Origin: a virus
Lineage: Duplodnaviria > Heunggongvirae > Uroviricota > Caudoviricetes
Strand: one strand, 5' to 3'
IMG/VR virus record: IMGVR_UViG_2645727593_000020
DNA length: 11,399 bases
In this document: piece after piece, positions 1-6,271 of the stretch
Layout: the number at the start of each line of letters is the position of its first letter
Numbering within the stretch: the stretch's first letter is position 1
Position numbers and translations under genes: made by a program
The notes under the pieces: model-generated
What the model was told of the DNA's origin: nothing
The model's database searches: none
Seen by the model: only the letters and a program-made list of their open reading frames with translations

Positions 1-17
1 AACATGAGCAAACAGAC

Positions 18-46
18 AAAAAAAGGGCCAGCCAATTGGCCAGCCC
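18..46 (-). terminator. Putative rho-independent terminator for the minus-strand integrase-fragment/membrane-protein transcript
   Basis: Seen in sequence: GGGCCAGCC-AATT-GGCCAGCCC (25..46) forms an imperfect GC-rich hairpin around the palindromic core GCCAATTGGC. On the minus strand it is followed directly by a 7-nt T run (A run 18..24 on plus). It lies about 150 nt downstream of the stop of the 204..1133 ORF. Confidence 0.4.
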
Positions 47-203
47 TTCTTAACAGGATGTCGCTTAAGCGAAATCTTAGTTAAGACGCTTTTACATGAT
101 ACCATTGATAAACATGCATTTTTCATTATAAACAGTTAGTTATATGTATCACTAGTGTAGTCAAGTGCAGCCATAAACATGCTGTGTGGGCAGATTGTGG
201 ACA

Positions 204-1133
204 CTACTTATTTCCCTGTCCAATCTTACCCGCAACTGCCTCGGTAAGCTTTACTAAGGTTTCAAGTTCATTTTTGTCTAATTTTCTTGCTTCAATAATT
301 TCAGTAGTCTGCCCTGATTCTAGTTTTCCAACTCTTGAGCTAAAATTAATTTTATCCAGAAGGTCTATCATATCGATATCTTTCTGGCTAGCCATTACAA
401 GCTTTATAATGGCATAGCTTTCCTCACGTGAACGTTTTATTGCCTCGTAATAGCGAAACTCATCCATCGTAACCCGATATTGCTTCAAAAAGAAAAATGC
501 GATTAACTCCAAGAAAATCAACACGCCAAAATTAGGGAGAAGATACATTACCTTGGTTACCGCATCATCCTTAGCATCAATTACATGTGATTGAGAATAG
601 AAGAAACCTAATCCAACTATTGCAAAACAAACACCGACTAATAAATAAAGACTACCGCGAGAATATATGTTTTTCGCAAGACCTTCAGAGCTATTAATCA
701 AACCTTTAAGATAAAAATCCAGAGATTCATCTTCATCAGCAGCAGCCCTTTCCTCTTGAGCCTTCTTGAGTAGTTTTATCTCATTTATAATATCGACAAT
801 ATTAAACATCGATGATTTGTCGACTGAATCACTCCCTGTAATTCTCATAAACATTCTTTGGATTGGAGACACACCATAGATAATGGTGTAAACGATTACA
901 AATGACACTGCGAATATTGACCTGATAAAGCTCGGCAAATGTGTAAGATCTGCTCTCGCACTGGGAAATAAATAATAAAAGGTTGAGTCTAATATCCCTG
1001 TAGCAAAAATTACATTTGCAACTAGAAAGACTGCACCTATCTCAACTAAATTATAAAAACCACGAGTGCGTACCCTAATGACTTTGGCCTCGGTCATTCT
1101 TGGAGGTGTTTCGATGGTTGGCTCACTCATCAT
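204..1133 (-). CDS. Hypothetical integral membrane protein, 309 aa, four predicted transmembrane helices with an internal two-fold architecture; function unknown
   Basis: Long ORF in visibly AT-rich DNA. AGGA lies 7 nt upstream of the ATG at 1133. Hydrophobic helices at about aa 26-48, 69-88, 161-179 and 195-216; charged, helix-prone segments at aa 100-160 (KLLKKAQEERAAADEDE) and 217-309. The start overlaps the stop of the upstream integrase fragment by 11 nt. No catalytic motif recognised. Confidence 0.65.
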   Translation of the reverse strand: MMSEPTIETPPRMTEAKVIRVRTRGFYNLVEIGAVFLVANVIFATGILDSTFYYLFPSARADLTHLPSFIRSIFAVSFVIVYTIIYGVSPIQRMFMRITGSDSVDKSSMFNIVDIINEIKLLKKAQEERAAADEDESLDFYLKGLINSSEGLAKNIYSRGSLYLLVGVCFAIVGLGFFYSQSHVIDAKDDAVTKVMYLLPNFGVLIFLELIAFFFLKQYRVTMDEFRYYEAIKRSREESYAIIKLVMASQKDIDMIDLLDKINFSSRVGKLESGQTTEIIEARKLDKNELETLVKLTEAVAGKIGQGNK

Positions 1134-1464
1134 ATAATCCTGTTAAATTAGAAATAGGGTTAAGAGTTACAGCTTCTTCTAAATGATCTGGTGCAAAATG
1201 AGCGTATCTCATGGTTTCCCTAATGTTAGAATGGCCCAAGATTCGTTGCAGTACTAAAATGTTCCCACCATTCATCATAAAGTGACTCGCAAATGTATGA
1301 CGTAACACATTCGTTTTTTGCCCTTCAGCTAACTCTATATCGGTCAGAGCGAGCATTTTCTTGAACTCCTGATAGCAGGGGTGGAACATTTTTCCCTGTA
1401 AAGGAGCCAACTCGTCATATAGCCACCGAGGGATCGGTACTGTACGATTCTTCTTTCCCTTGGT
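1123..1464 (-). pseudogene. Tyrosine recombinase (phage integrase family) C-terminal fragment, 5'-truncated
   Basis: Translation ...[24 protein letters not shown]...NVLRHTFASHF...ILGHSNIRETMRYAHF... carries the C-terminal catalytic-domain landmarks of tyrosine recombinases (GKGxKxRxVPL-like patch, LRH box, GHS, RY with the presumptive nucleophilic Tyr). The N-terminal part with the box I arginine is absent. There is no ATG; the ORF track starts it at a TTG (1410). The upstream limit of homology (about 1464) is judged by eye and is approximate. Confidence 0.6.
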
Positions 1465-1473
1465 TTGGGAGAA
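1448..1473. repeat. Left recombination site of the invertible segment (gix/hix-like 12-2-12 site), hybrid in composition
   Basis: TTCTTCTTTCCC-TT-GGTTTGGGAGAA. The right half plus core is an exact inverted copy of the half-site at 3334..3347 (TTCTCCCAAACC-AA) and resembles hix/gix half-sites as recalled (TTnTCnnAAACC). The outer left half (TTCTTCTTTCCC) lacks the AAACC element. Confidence 0.55.
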
Positions 1474-1812
1474 GCGGCTAAAAGGAATGTAGGGACAGGG
1501 GCGAATCAGATACCTGATATGGGTAGCTTCACGCTTTCTGTTTCAGGTACTGGATATCAAAAATTTCCATCAGGTTTTATTCTTCAGTGGGGCTCAATCG
1601 GCGCACCAGGCATTGCACAGGATGTAGTAACCCATTTCCCGATTGCATTTCCAAACAGATGTCTGCGTGTTTTGGTCTCACAAGACTACACACCAGATAG
1701 CGGGGCTGTTGGTTATATTGCCTGTGCAGGTTTTAGTCCCGACCCGGTTAAATTTATATCCAGAGCCAGTACTCCTGGCCTCGGCGCTTCATTTTTAGCG
1801 TTAGGCTGTTAA
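1462..1812 (+). CDS. Tail-fibre C-terminal variable segment (Sv-like), no own start codon; orphaned from any constant N-terminal part in this window
   Basis: The frame is open from 1423 (a stop precedes it at 1420..1422) with no ATG before an internal Met. The translation GLGE...[15 protein letters not shown]... resembles phage fibre C-terminal domains. The frame begins exactly in the recombination-site core encoding GLGE, which the minus-strand Sv' also encodes at the right site. Confidence 0.5.
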   Translation, partial: GLGEAAKRNVGTGANQIPDMGSFTLSVSGTGYQKFPSGFILQWGSIGAPGIAQDVVTHFPIAFPNRCLRVLVSQDYTPDSGAVGYIACAGFSPDPVKFISRASTPGLGASFLALGC

Positions 1813-1833
1813 TTTAGCTATATGGAGTGAAAA

Positions 1834-2274
1834 ATGAATTACATATATTCCGCGACTACAAACTCTTTCTATCCGCTGGAGATGAAAGAGGATTACACTC
1901 AAGCTGACTCATGGCCAGATGATGCTGTTGAAGTTGATGAGCAAGTGTATATTGAGTTTTCCGGATTACCGCCGAAAGGAAAAATCCGTATCGCTGGAGA
2001 AAATAGTTTTCCTGCATGGACTGAAATTCCACCACCAACACATGAGGAACAGATTGCTGCAGCCGAACTTGAAAAGCAGCAACTGATTAATCAGGCCAAC
2101 GATTATATGAACAGTAAACAATGGCCTGGTAAAGCGGCTATTGGTCGTCTGAAAGGTGAGGAACTGGCGCAATATAATTTGTGGCTGGATTATCTGGACG
2201 CACTGGAACTGGTCGATACTTCCGGTGCGCCAGATATTGAATGGCCTACGCCTCCGGCAGTTCAGGCCAGATGA
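1834..2274 (+). CDS. Tail-fibre assembly chaperone (Tfa family), 146 aa
   Basis: GGAG lies 7 nt upstream of the ATG. The C-terminus ...LVDTSGAPDIEWPTPP... matches the conserved Tfa C-terminal motif (xDTSxAPDIxWP) of lambda Tfa / Mu U / E. coli TfaE-type proteins. It lies directly downstream of the fibre variable segment. Confidence 0.8.
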   Translation: MNYIYSATTNSFYPLEMKEDYTQADSWPDDAVEVDEQVYIEFSGLPPKGKIRIAGENSFPAWTEIPPPTHEEQIAAAELEKQQLINQANDYMNSKQWPGKAAIGRLKGEELAQYNLWLDYLDALELVDTSGAPDIEWPTPPAVQAR

Positions 2275-2848
2275 CATCCGGCGCGGTGCTGGTATCTGTT
2301 GCCGTCACCGCGTCAATGTAATCCAGCGCAGCGTTAAGTCGGGCGGTTTCTGCCTGCGTCAGATTCCGTCCGGCCTGCAATTTCAGCTGAATCAGACTAA
2401 TGGAAGCCATTGCATTATCAATCAGTGACTGACGCTGTGCTTCTGCCGCGCCTACTGCGGCGCTATGCTGTGCCACAGTATCTGTTACCCATTTCTCACC
2501 ATCCCATTCATCGTATGGCGTTAACGGGGCGATAGTGGTTGTATTTTCAGGATAATCACCCGGAGCTGTGATTTCTTTCGATTCTCCTGTTTCTGTGCTA
2601 TAGATGATTTCACCGCGATGGTCTGGCACATATTCCCATGAGTTAAAATCTGCAGAACGGCAGATTGCATAACCAGCTTTATGTGTAACTGGCGCATCTA
2701 AACAAGAACATGCCGGGATACCGACGCCAACCGCAAGATATTCAGTTGACGTGGAAATATATTCCCGTGTTTCACCATCGTAGTTATAAACGGTAACATC
2801 CCCTGCCTTTGTTGCAATAAGCTCACTATTTAATATTGCTTTATGCAT
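2246..2848 (-). CDS. Tail-fibre assembly chaperone, alternative copy (Tfa'), 200 aa
   Basis: The C-terminus ...TATDTSTAPDVIWPELPEA carries the same Tfa motif. The start ATG overlaps the TGA stop of the upstream Sv' (TGATG on the minus strand at 2846..2850). The 3' end overlaps the plus-strand tfa convergently by 29 nt. Confidence 0.8.
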   Translation of the reverse strand: MHKAILNSELIATKAGDVTVYNYDGETREYISTSTEYLAVGVGIPACSCLDAPVTHKAGYAICRSADFNSWEYVPDHRGEIIYSTETGESKEITAPGDYPENTTTIAPLTPYDEWDGEKWVTDTVAQHSAAVGAAEAQRQSLIDNAMASISLIQLKLQAGRNLTQAETARLNAALDYIDAVTATDTSTAPDVIWPELPEA

Positions 2849-3345
2849 CAGGCTGACCTCACGATATAGTTAAATGCAATATTACGCGGACGCGTTTCTG
2901 AGGCTGCGGCACCTAAACCAGCCACTGATTGTTTATATGTTTTAAAGGTTCCATAATCCGGTGCTGGTAATCCGGCATCGTTTGTGTTTCCTCTTTTGAT
3001 AATGTCAGTGCCACTATTTACCCAGCTTTCATCAAAATAGAAATTAATCGTTGCATCAGTCACAATCGTGGATCTTGACGGTAATCCATGAGCATGATCC
3101 TCCGTTGCATACCCCTGAATACTTAAAATAGAGCGACCTGTATCAATCCCCCGTCCGTCATCCCAGCCACGAATAAACTCACCACGTAAATCAGGCAATT
3201 TATTTGCCGGATAAGCCTTTGCCAGTTCCGGGTATTCTTCAGCAGAAAAAGCTGCACCATTGCATTTCAGCCAGCCTGTTGGCGGTGTGGCTGAAGGCCA
3301 CGGAACAGGGACGCCAACAGGTAATGCAGAGCCTTCTCCCAAACC
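2848..3345 (-). CDS. Tail-fibre C-terminal variable segment, alternative copy (Sv')
   Basis: The translation ...VGLGEGSALPVGVPVPWPS...YPELAKAYPANKLPDLRGEFIRGWDDGRGID... is typical of Mu S / P1 S-type fibre C-terminal domains. The ORF-track N-terminus (3346..3444) runs through the recombination site into the invertase start region and is not counted as fibre. The real coding part begins at the crossover (GLGE at 3334..3345). Confidence 0.6.
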   Translation of the reverse strand, partial: GLGEGSALPVGVPVPWPSATPPTGWLKCNGAAFSAEEYPELAKAYPANKLPDLRGEFIRGWDDGRGIDTGRSILSIQGYATEDHAHGLPSRSTIVTDATINFYFDESWVNSGTDIIKRGNTNDAGLPAPDYGTFKTYKQSVAGLGAAASETRPRNIAFNYIVRSA

Positions 3346-3359
3346 AACGTTTAAGAAAA
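3334..3359. repeat. Right recombination site of the invertible segment (gix/hix-like)
   Basis: TTCTCCCAAACC-AA-CGTTTAAGAAAA: two imperfectly inverted 12-bp half-sites around a 2-bp core. It shares 14 bp (TTGGTTTGGGAGAA on the opposite strand) in inverted orientation with 1460..1473. It sits about 55 bp upstream of the invertase start. Confidence 0.6.
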
Positions 3360-3413
3360 TGTAGTTTTCCCCCCTAGCTGGCATCATTTGGGCTTTTGCA
3401 TGAGGGAAAACAA

Positions 3414-3992
3414 ATGCAGGTTGGCTATGTGCGCGTATCAACAAATGAACAAAATACCGCGCTACAGCGTGACGCGCTGGAACGGTCGGGATGTGAGCTA
3501 ATTTTCGAGGATAAAATCAGCGGTAAATCGACAAACAGGCCAAGGTTAAATCGCGCACTCAGGCAACTTAATGCCGGTGATACTCTCGTTGTCTGGAAGC
3601 TCGACAGGCTCGGGCGTAGCATGCGCCATCTTGTCTCTATGACTGAAGAGCTTCGCCAGCGAGGGGTTAATTTCAGAAGCCTGACCGACAGTATTGATAC
3701 CTCAACCCCGATGGGGCGATTTTTCTTTCACATCATGGGCGCTCTTGCAGAAATGGAACGCGAGTTAATCGTCGAACGAACCCGCGCCGGGCTGGATGCA
3801 GCCCGGGCACAAGGCAGGATCGGAGGTCGTAGGCCGAAGCTGACGCCTGATGAATGGGCTCAGGCTGGCCGGTTGATTGCGGCCGGAGAATCCCGACAGC
3901 GTGTTGCACTGATTTTTGATGTGGGCATATCGACGCTGTATAAAAAATTTCCGGCGACAAATCCCGTTGTGTCAGCCACCGGCGAACCCTGA
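3414..3992 (+). CDS. Serine-recombinase DNA invertase (Hin/Gin/Cin/Pin family), 192 aa
   Basis: From ATG 3414 (GAGGG 6-7 nt upstream): MQVGYVRVSTNEQNTALQRDAL...GDTLVVWKLDRLGRSMRHL...RSLTDSIDT...MGRFFFHIMGALAEMERELIVERTRAGL...GRIGGRRPKLT...STLYKK. It has the active-site Ser near position 10, the resolvase catalytic core and a C-terminal helix-turn-helix, colinear with Gin/Hin. The ORF-track start at 3396 is 6 codons longer and less likely. Confidence 0.9.
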   Translation: MQVGYVRVSTNEQNTALQRDALERSGCELIFEDKISGKSTNRPRLNRALRQLNAGDTLVVWKLDRLGRSMRHLVSMTEELRQRGVNFRSLTDSIDTSTPMGRFFFHIMGALAEMERELIVERTRAGLDAARAQGRIGGRRPKLTPDEWAQAGRLIAAGESRQRVALIFDVGISTLYKKFPATNPVVSATGEP

Positions 3993-3994
3993 CA
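3970..3994 (+). promoter_or_regulatory. Perfect 6-bp dyad TGTCAG-N13-CTGACA straddling the invertase stop; candidate activator site for an FI late promoter
   Basis: Seen in sequence. The dyad centre (about 3982) lies roughly 50 bp upstream of a possible -10-like CAATAT (4022..4027) ahead of FI. The spacing does not match the TGT-N12-ACA Ogr-site consensus as recalled, so this is tentative. Confidence 0.2.
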
Positions 3995-4056
3995 AATAGC
4001 CGCATACAGGCGTAAACCAGACAATATCACTCACCTCAACTAACGGAGTTAAACGG

Positions 4057-5244
4057 ATGAGTGATTATCATCACGGTGTCGAGGTCGTCGAAATTAACGA
4101 CGGCACCCGCACAATCTCGACGGTATCAACGGCGGTCGTTGGCATGGTCTGCACAGCCAGTGATGCTGACGCCGGGGCTTTCCCTCTCAATGAGCCGGTG
4201 CTGATTACCAACCCACAAAGCGCCATCGCAAAAGCCGGTACTAAAGGTACCCTGGCAAAATCCTTACAGCTCATCGCTAACCAGTCAAAACCGGTTGTCG
4301 TTGTTGTGCGTGTCGCGGAGGGTACCGGCGACGGCGAAGAGGCACAGGCGCAAACCATTTCTAACATCATCGGCACCACGAATGAGAATGGCAAATATAC
4401 CGGGATGAAAGCGCTGTTAACGGCGAAAGCGGTCACCGGCGTGAAGCCACGTATTCTCGGTGTGCCGGGGCTCGATACTCAGGAGGTGGCGACCGCGCTT
4501 GTCTCCGTGGCTCAGAAGCTGCGCGCTTTCGCCTATGTCAGCGCGTGGGGCTGTAAAACCATTGCTGACGTTATCGCCTACCGCGAAAACTTCAGCGCCC
4601 GTGAGCTCATGATTATCTGGCCTGACTTCCTCGGGTGGGATACCACGGCCAACGCGACCACAACCAGTTATGCAACAGCGATCGCGTTGGGACTGCGCGC
4701 AAAAATCGACAATGATACAGGCTGGCATAAAACCCTGTCAAACGTCGGCATCAATGGCGTCACCGGTATCAGTGCGTCGGTCTTCTGGGATTTGCAGGAA
4801 TCTGGCACTGATGCCGACCTGCTGAATGAGGCCGGTGTTACGACGCTGATTCGTGCCGATGGTTTCCGCTTCTGGGGTAACCGTAATTGCTCCGATGACC
4901 CGCTGTTTCAGTTTGAGAACTACACCCGCACCGCACAGGTCATAGCCGACACAATAGCCGAGGGGCATATGTGGGCGAACGATAAGCCCATCACCGCGAC
5001 GTTGATTCGCGACATTATCGACGGCATCAACGCGAAATTCCGCGAGCTGAAAACCGGCGGTTACATCATCGATGCGACGTGCTGGTTTGACGAAGAGGCC
5101 AACAGTAAAGAAACCCTGAAAGCCGGGAAACTGTTTATCGATTATGACTATACGCCGGTGCCGCCACTCGAACACCTGACCTTACGCCAGCGCATTACTG
5201 ATAAATATCTGGCGAATCTTATCTCGTCCGTCAACAGCAAATAA
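4057..5244 (+). CDS. FI: Contractile tail sheath protein (P2 gpFI homolog), 395 aa
   Basis: The N-terminus MSDYHHGVEVVEINDGTRTISTVSTAVVGMVCTASDAD... and the rest are colinear with P2 gpFI as recalled (about 396 aa). GGAG lies 8 nt upstream of the ATG. Confidence 0.95.
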   Translation: MSDYHHGVEVVEINDGTRTISTVSTAVVGMVCTASDADAGAFPLNEPVLITNPQSAIAKAGTKGTLAKSLQLIANQSKPVVVVVRVAEGTGDGEEAQAQTISNIIGTTNENGKYTGMKALLTAKAVTGVKPRILGVPGLDTQEVATALVSVAQKLRAFAYVSAWGCKTIADVIAYRENFSARELMIIWPDFLGWDTTANATTTSYATAIALGLRAKIDNDTGWHKTLSNVGINGVTGISASVFWDLQESGTDADLLNEAGVTTLIRADGFRFWGNRNCSDDPLFQFENYTRTAQVIADTIAEGHMWANDKPITATLIRDIIDGINAKFRELKTGGYIIDATCWFDEEANSKETLKAGKLFIDYDYTPVPPLEHLTLRQRITDKYLANLISSVNSK

Positions 5245-5256
5245 GGAGCCTGACAA

Positions 5257-5775
5257 ATGGCATTACCGCGCAAGCTCAAACTCATGAACCTGTTTATCGA
5301 TGGGGTGAGTTATCTCGGCGTCGTGCAGTCCGTCACGCTGCCGAAATTAACCCGCAAGCTCGAGAACTATCGCGGCGGCGGGATGAATGGTTCGGCACCG
5401 GTCGACCTCGGCCTCGATGACGATGCGCTGTCGGCTGAAATCTCTCTCGGCGGCTTCCCCGATGACGCTATCTGGTCGTTATACGCTGCCACCGGCGCGG
5501 CCTCCGTACCGCTACGTTTTGCCGGGTCTTACCAGCGTGATGACACCGGCGAGACCGTGCCGGTTGAGGTTGTTCTCCGTGGCCGTCAGAAAGAAATCGA
5601 CCTCGGTGAAGCCAAACAGGGCGAAGACACCGAGTCGAAAATCGCTCTCGCGTGTACCTATTTCAAGCTGACGATGAATGGCTCGGAACTGGTGGAAATC
5701 GACACCGTGAACCTCATCGAAAAAGTGAACGGCACCGACATGCTCGAGGCGCACCGACAAAATATCGGCCTGTAA
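5257..5775 (+). CDS. FII: Tail tube protein (P2 gpFII homolog), 172 aa
   Basis: MALPRKLKLMNLFIDGVSYLGVVQSVTLPKLTRKLENYRGGGMNG... matches the P2 tube protein in sequence and length. AGGAG lies upstream; it sits directly downstream of FI. Confidence 0.95.
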   Translation: MALPRKLKLMNLFIDGVSYLGVVQSVTLPKLTRKLENYRGGGMNGSAPVDLGLDDDALSAEISLGGFPDDAIWSLYAATGAASVPLRFAGSYQRDDTGETVPVEVVLRGRQKEIDLGEAKQGEDTESKIALACTYFKLTMNGSELVEIDTVNLIEKVNGTDMLEAHRQNIGL

Positions 5776-5778
5776 TTT

Positions 5779-5808
5779 ATGCCCCGGTCAGCATGGCTGG
5801 CCGGGCAT
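5779..5808 (+). other. GC-rich stem-loop in the FII-E intergenic region (possible partial terminator or RNA-stability element)
   Basis: ATGCCCCGGTCAGC-ATG-GCTGGCCGGGCAT forms a stem of about 13 bp with one bulge and one mismatch. No U tract follows on the plus strand, so it is not a classic intrinsic terminator. Confidence 0.35.
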
Positions 5809-5837
5809 CCTGAAACCAGAATTTAACGAGAAATATC

Positions 5838-6110
5838 ATGGATAAAACTAACGAAAATATCGTCACTCTGATTAAACCCATTAAGCGCGGTGAGCAGGTT
5901 ATTACCGACGTCACCCTGTTAAAACCGTGTGCCGGAACCCTTCGCGGTGTCAGCCTGGCATCAGTCGCAAACTCTGACGTCGATGCGCTGATTAAAGTGC
6001 TGCCGCGCATGACCATGCCGTCGCTGACCGAGCAGGAAGCCGCCGCACTGGAGCTGCCCGACCTGCTGTCGTTTGCCGGTAAGGTGGTCGGTTTTTTGTC
6101 ACCGAGTTAG
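5838..6110 (+). CDS. E: Tail assembly chaperone (P2 gpE homolog), 90 aa
   Basis: Conserved position between the tube and tape-measure genes, small size, and a C-terminus ending on a slippery run (…VVGFLSPS*). Confidence 0.85.
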   Translation: MDKTNENIVTLIKPIKRGEQVITDVTLLKPCAGTLRGVSLASVANSDVDALIKVLPRMTMPSLTEQEAAALELPDLLSFAGKVVGFLSPS

Positions 6111-6271
6111 GCGGCGTAATCTTCCCGCAAAAACTCACGGTCGATGACCTGATGGCTGACATAGCGGTAATTTTCCACTGGTCGCCATCAGACCTGTATC
6201 CCATGAGCCTGACCGAACTCGTCAACTGGCGCGAAAAAGCGCTACAGCGAAGCGGAAACACGAATGAGTAA
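5838..6271 (+). CDS. E+E': Tail assembly chaperone frameshift product (P2 gpE+E' homolog), about 144 aa, made by a programmed -1 frameshift
   Basis: After a -1 slip at T_TTT_TTG (6092..6098) the frame stays open to the TAA at 6269..6271, adding VTELGGVIFPQKLTVDDLMADIAVIFHWSPSDLYPMSLTELVNWREKALQRSGNTNE. The end overlaps the T start (ATG 6264). This is the conserved myovirus/siphovirus chaperone arrangement (lambda G/GT, P2 E/E+E'). Confidence 0.75.
6092..6098 (+). promoter_or_regulatory. -1 programmed ribosomal frameshift slippery heptamer T_TTT_TTG
   Basis: X_XXY_YYZ heptamer in the E zero frame, 4 codons before the E stop. The -1 frame downstream is open for 57 codons. Confidence 0.7.

Larger units (their letters stand above)
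1448..3359. other. Invertible tail-fibre host-range segment (Mu G / P1 C / e14 P-segment-like), about 1.9 kb
   Basis: Bounded by inverted recombination sites. Contains a fibre C-terminal segment and tfa on the + strand and a second pair (Sv', tfa') on the - strand, with a serine invertase gene immediately outside the right site. This matches the established architecture of Gin/Cin/Pin-controlled fibre switches. Confidence 0.7.

Noticed and set aside
1-203. Possible prophage attachment site or tRNA remnant near the integrase fragment; 12-bp palindrome TCGCTTAAGCGA at 61..72
   Set aside because: No tRNA-like cloverleaf or conserved T-loop/3' end was recognisable by eye. No convincing direct repeat was shared with the region after ogr (10640..10680) beyond the generic CCTTCTT that follows both terminator hairpins. 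Cannot be supported without flanking sequence.
184-417. 77-aa plus-strand ORF
   Set aside because: Lies entirely inside and antisense to the 309-aa minus-strand membrane-protein ORF. It is short with no convincing ribosome-binding site; treated as a shadow ORF.
1856-2428. Three short ORFs (1856..2041 minus, 1966..2277 minus, 2156..2428 plus) overlapping the tfa genes
   Set aside because: They lie inside or antisense to the two Tfa-motif genes. Their translations are low-complexity or Cys/Arg/Trp-rich with no recognisable domain; antisense artefacts.
3346-3444. N-terminal extension of the minus-strand fibre ORF (ORF track 2848..3444) and the 3396 start of the invertase ORF
   Set aside because: The fibre segment begins at the recombination crossover (about 3345); sequence beyond it is the invertase promoter and start region. 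The invertase more plausibly starts at ATG 3414 (ribosome-binding site, and MQVGYVRVST matching the family N-terminus).
3425-4005. Minus-strand ORFs 3425..3622 and 3733..4005
   Set aside because: Antisense to the well-supported invertase gene; Ser/Arg/Leu-rich translations with no features.
4071-5175. Minus-strand ORFs 4071..4436, 4417..4728 and 4738..5175
   Set aside because: All antisense within the gpFI sheath gene; typical GC-rich shadow frames.
5387-6261. ORFs 5387..5671 (+), 5512..5760 (-), 5777..6016 (-) and 5992..6261 (-)
   Set aside because: They overlap FII, E or the E' frame in alternative or antisense frames, with Arg/Ser-rich low-complexity translations. The only real extra coding here is the -1 frame E' extension, annotated separately.
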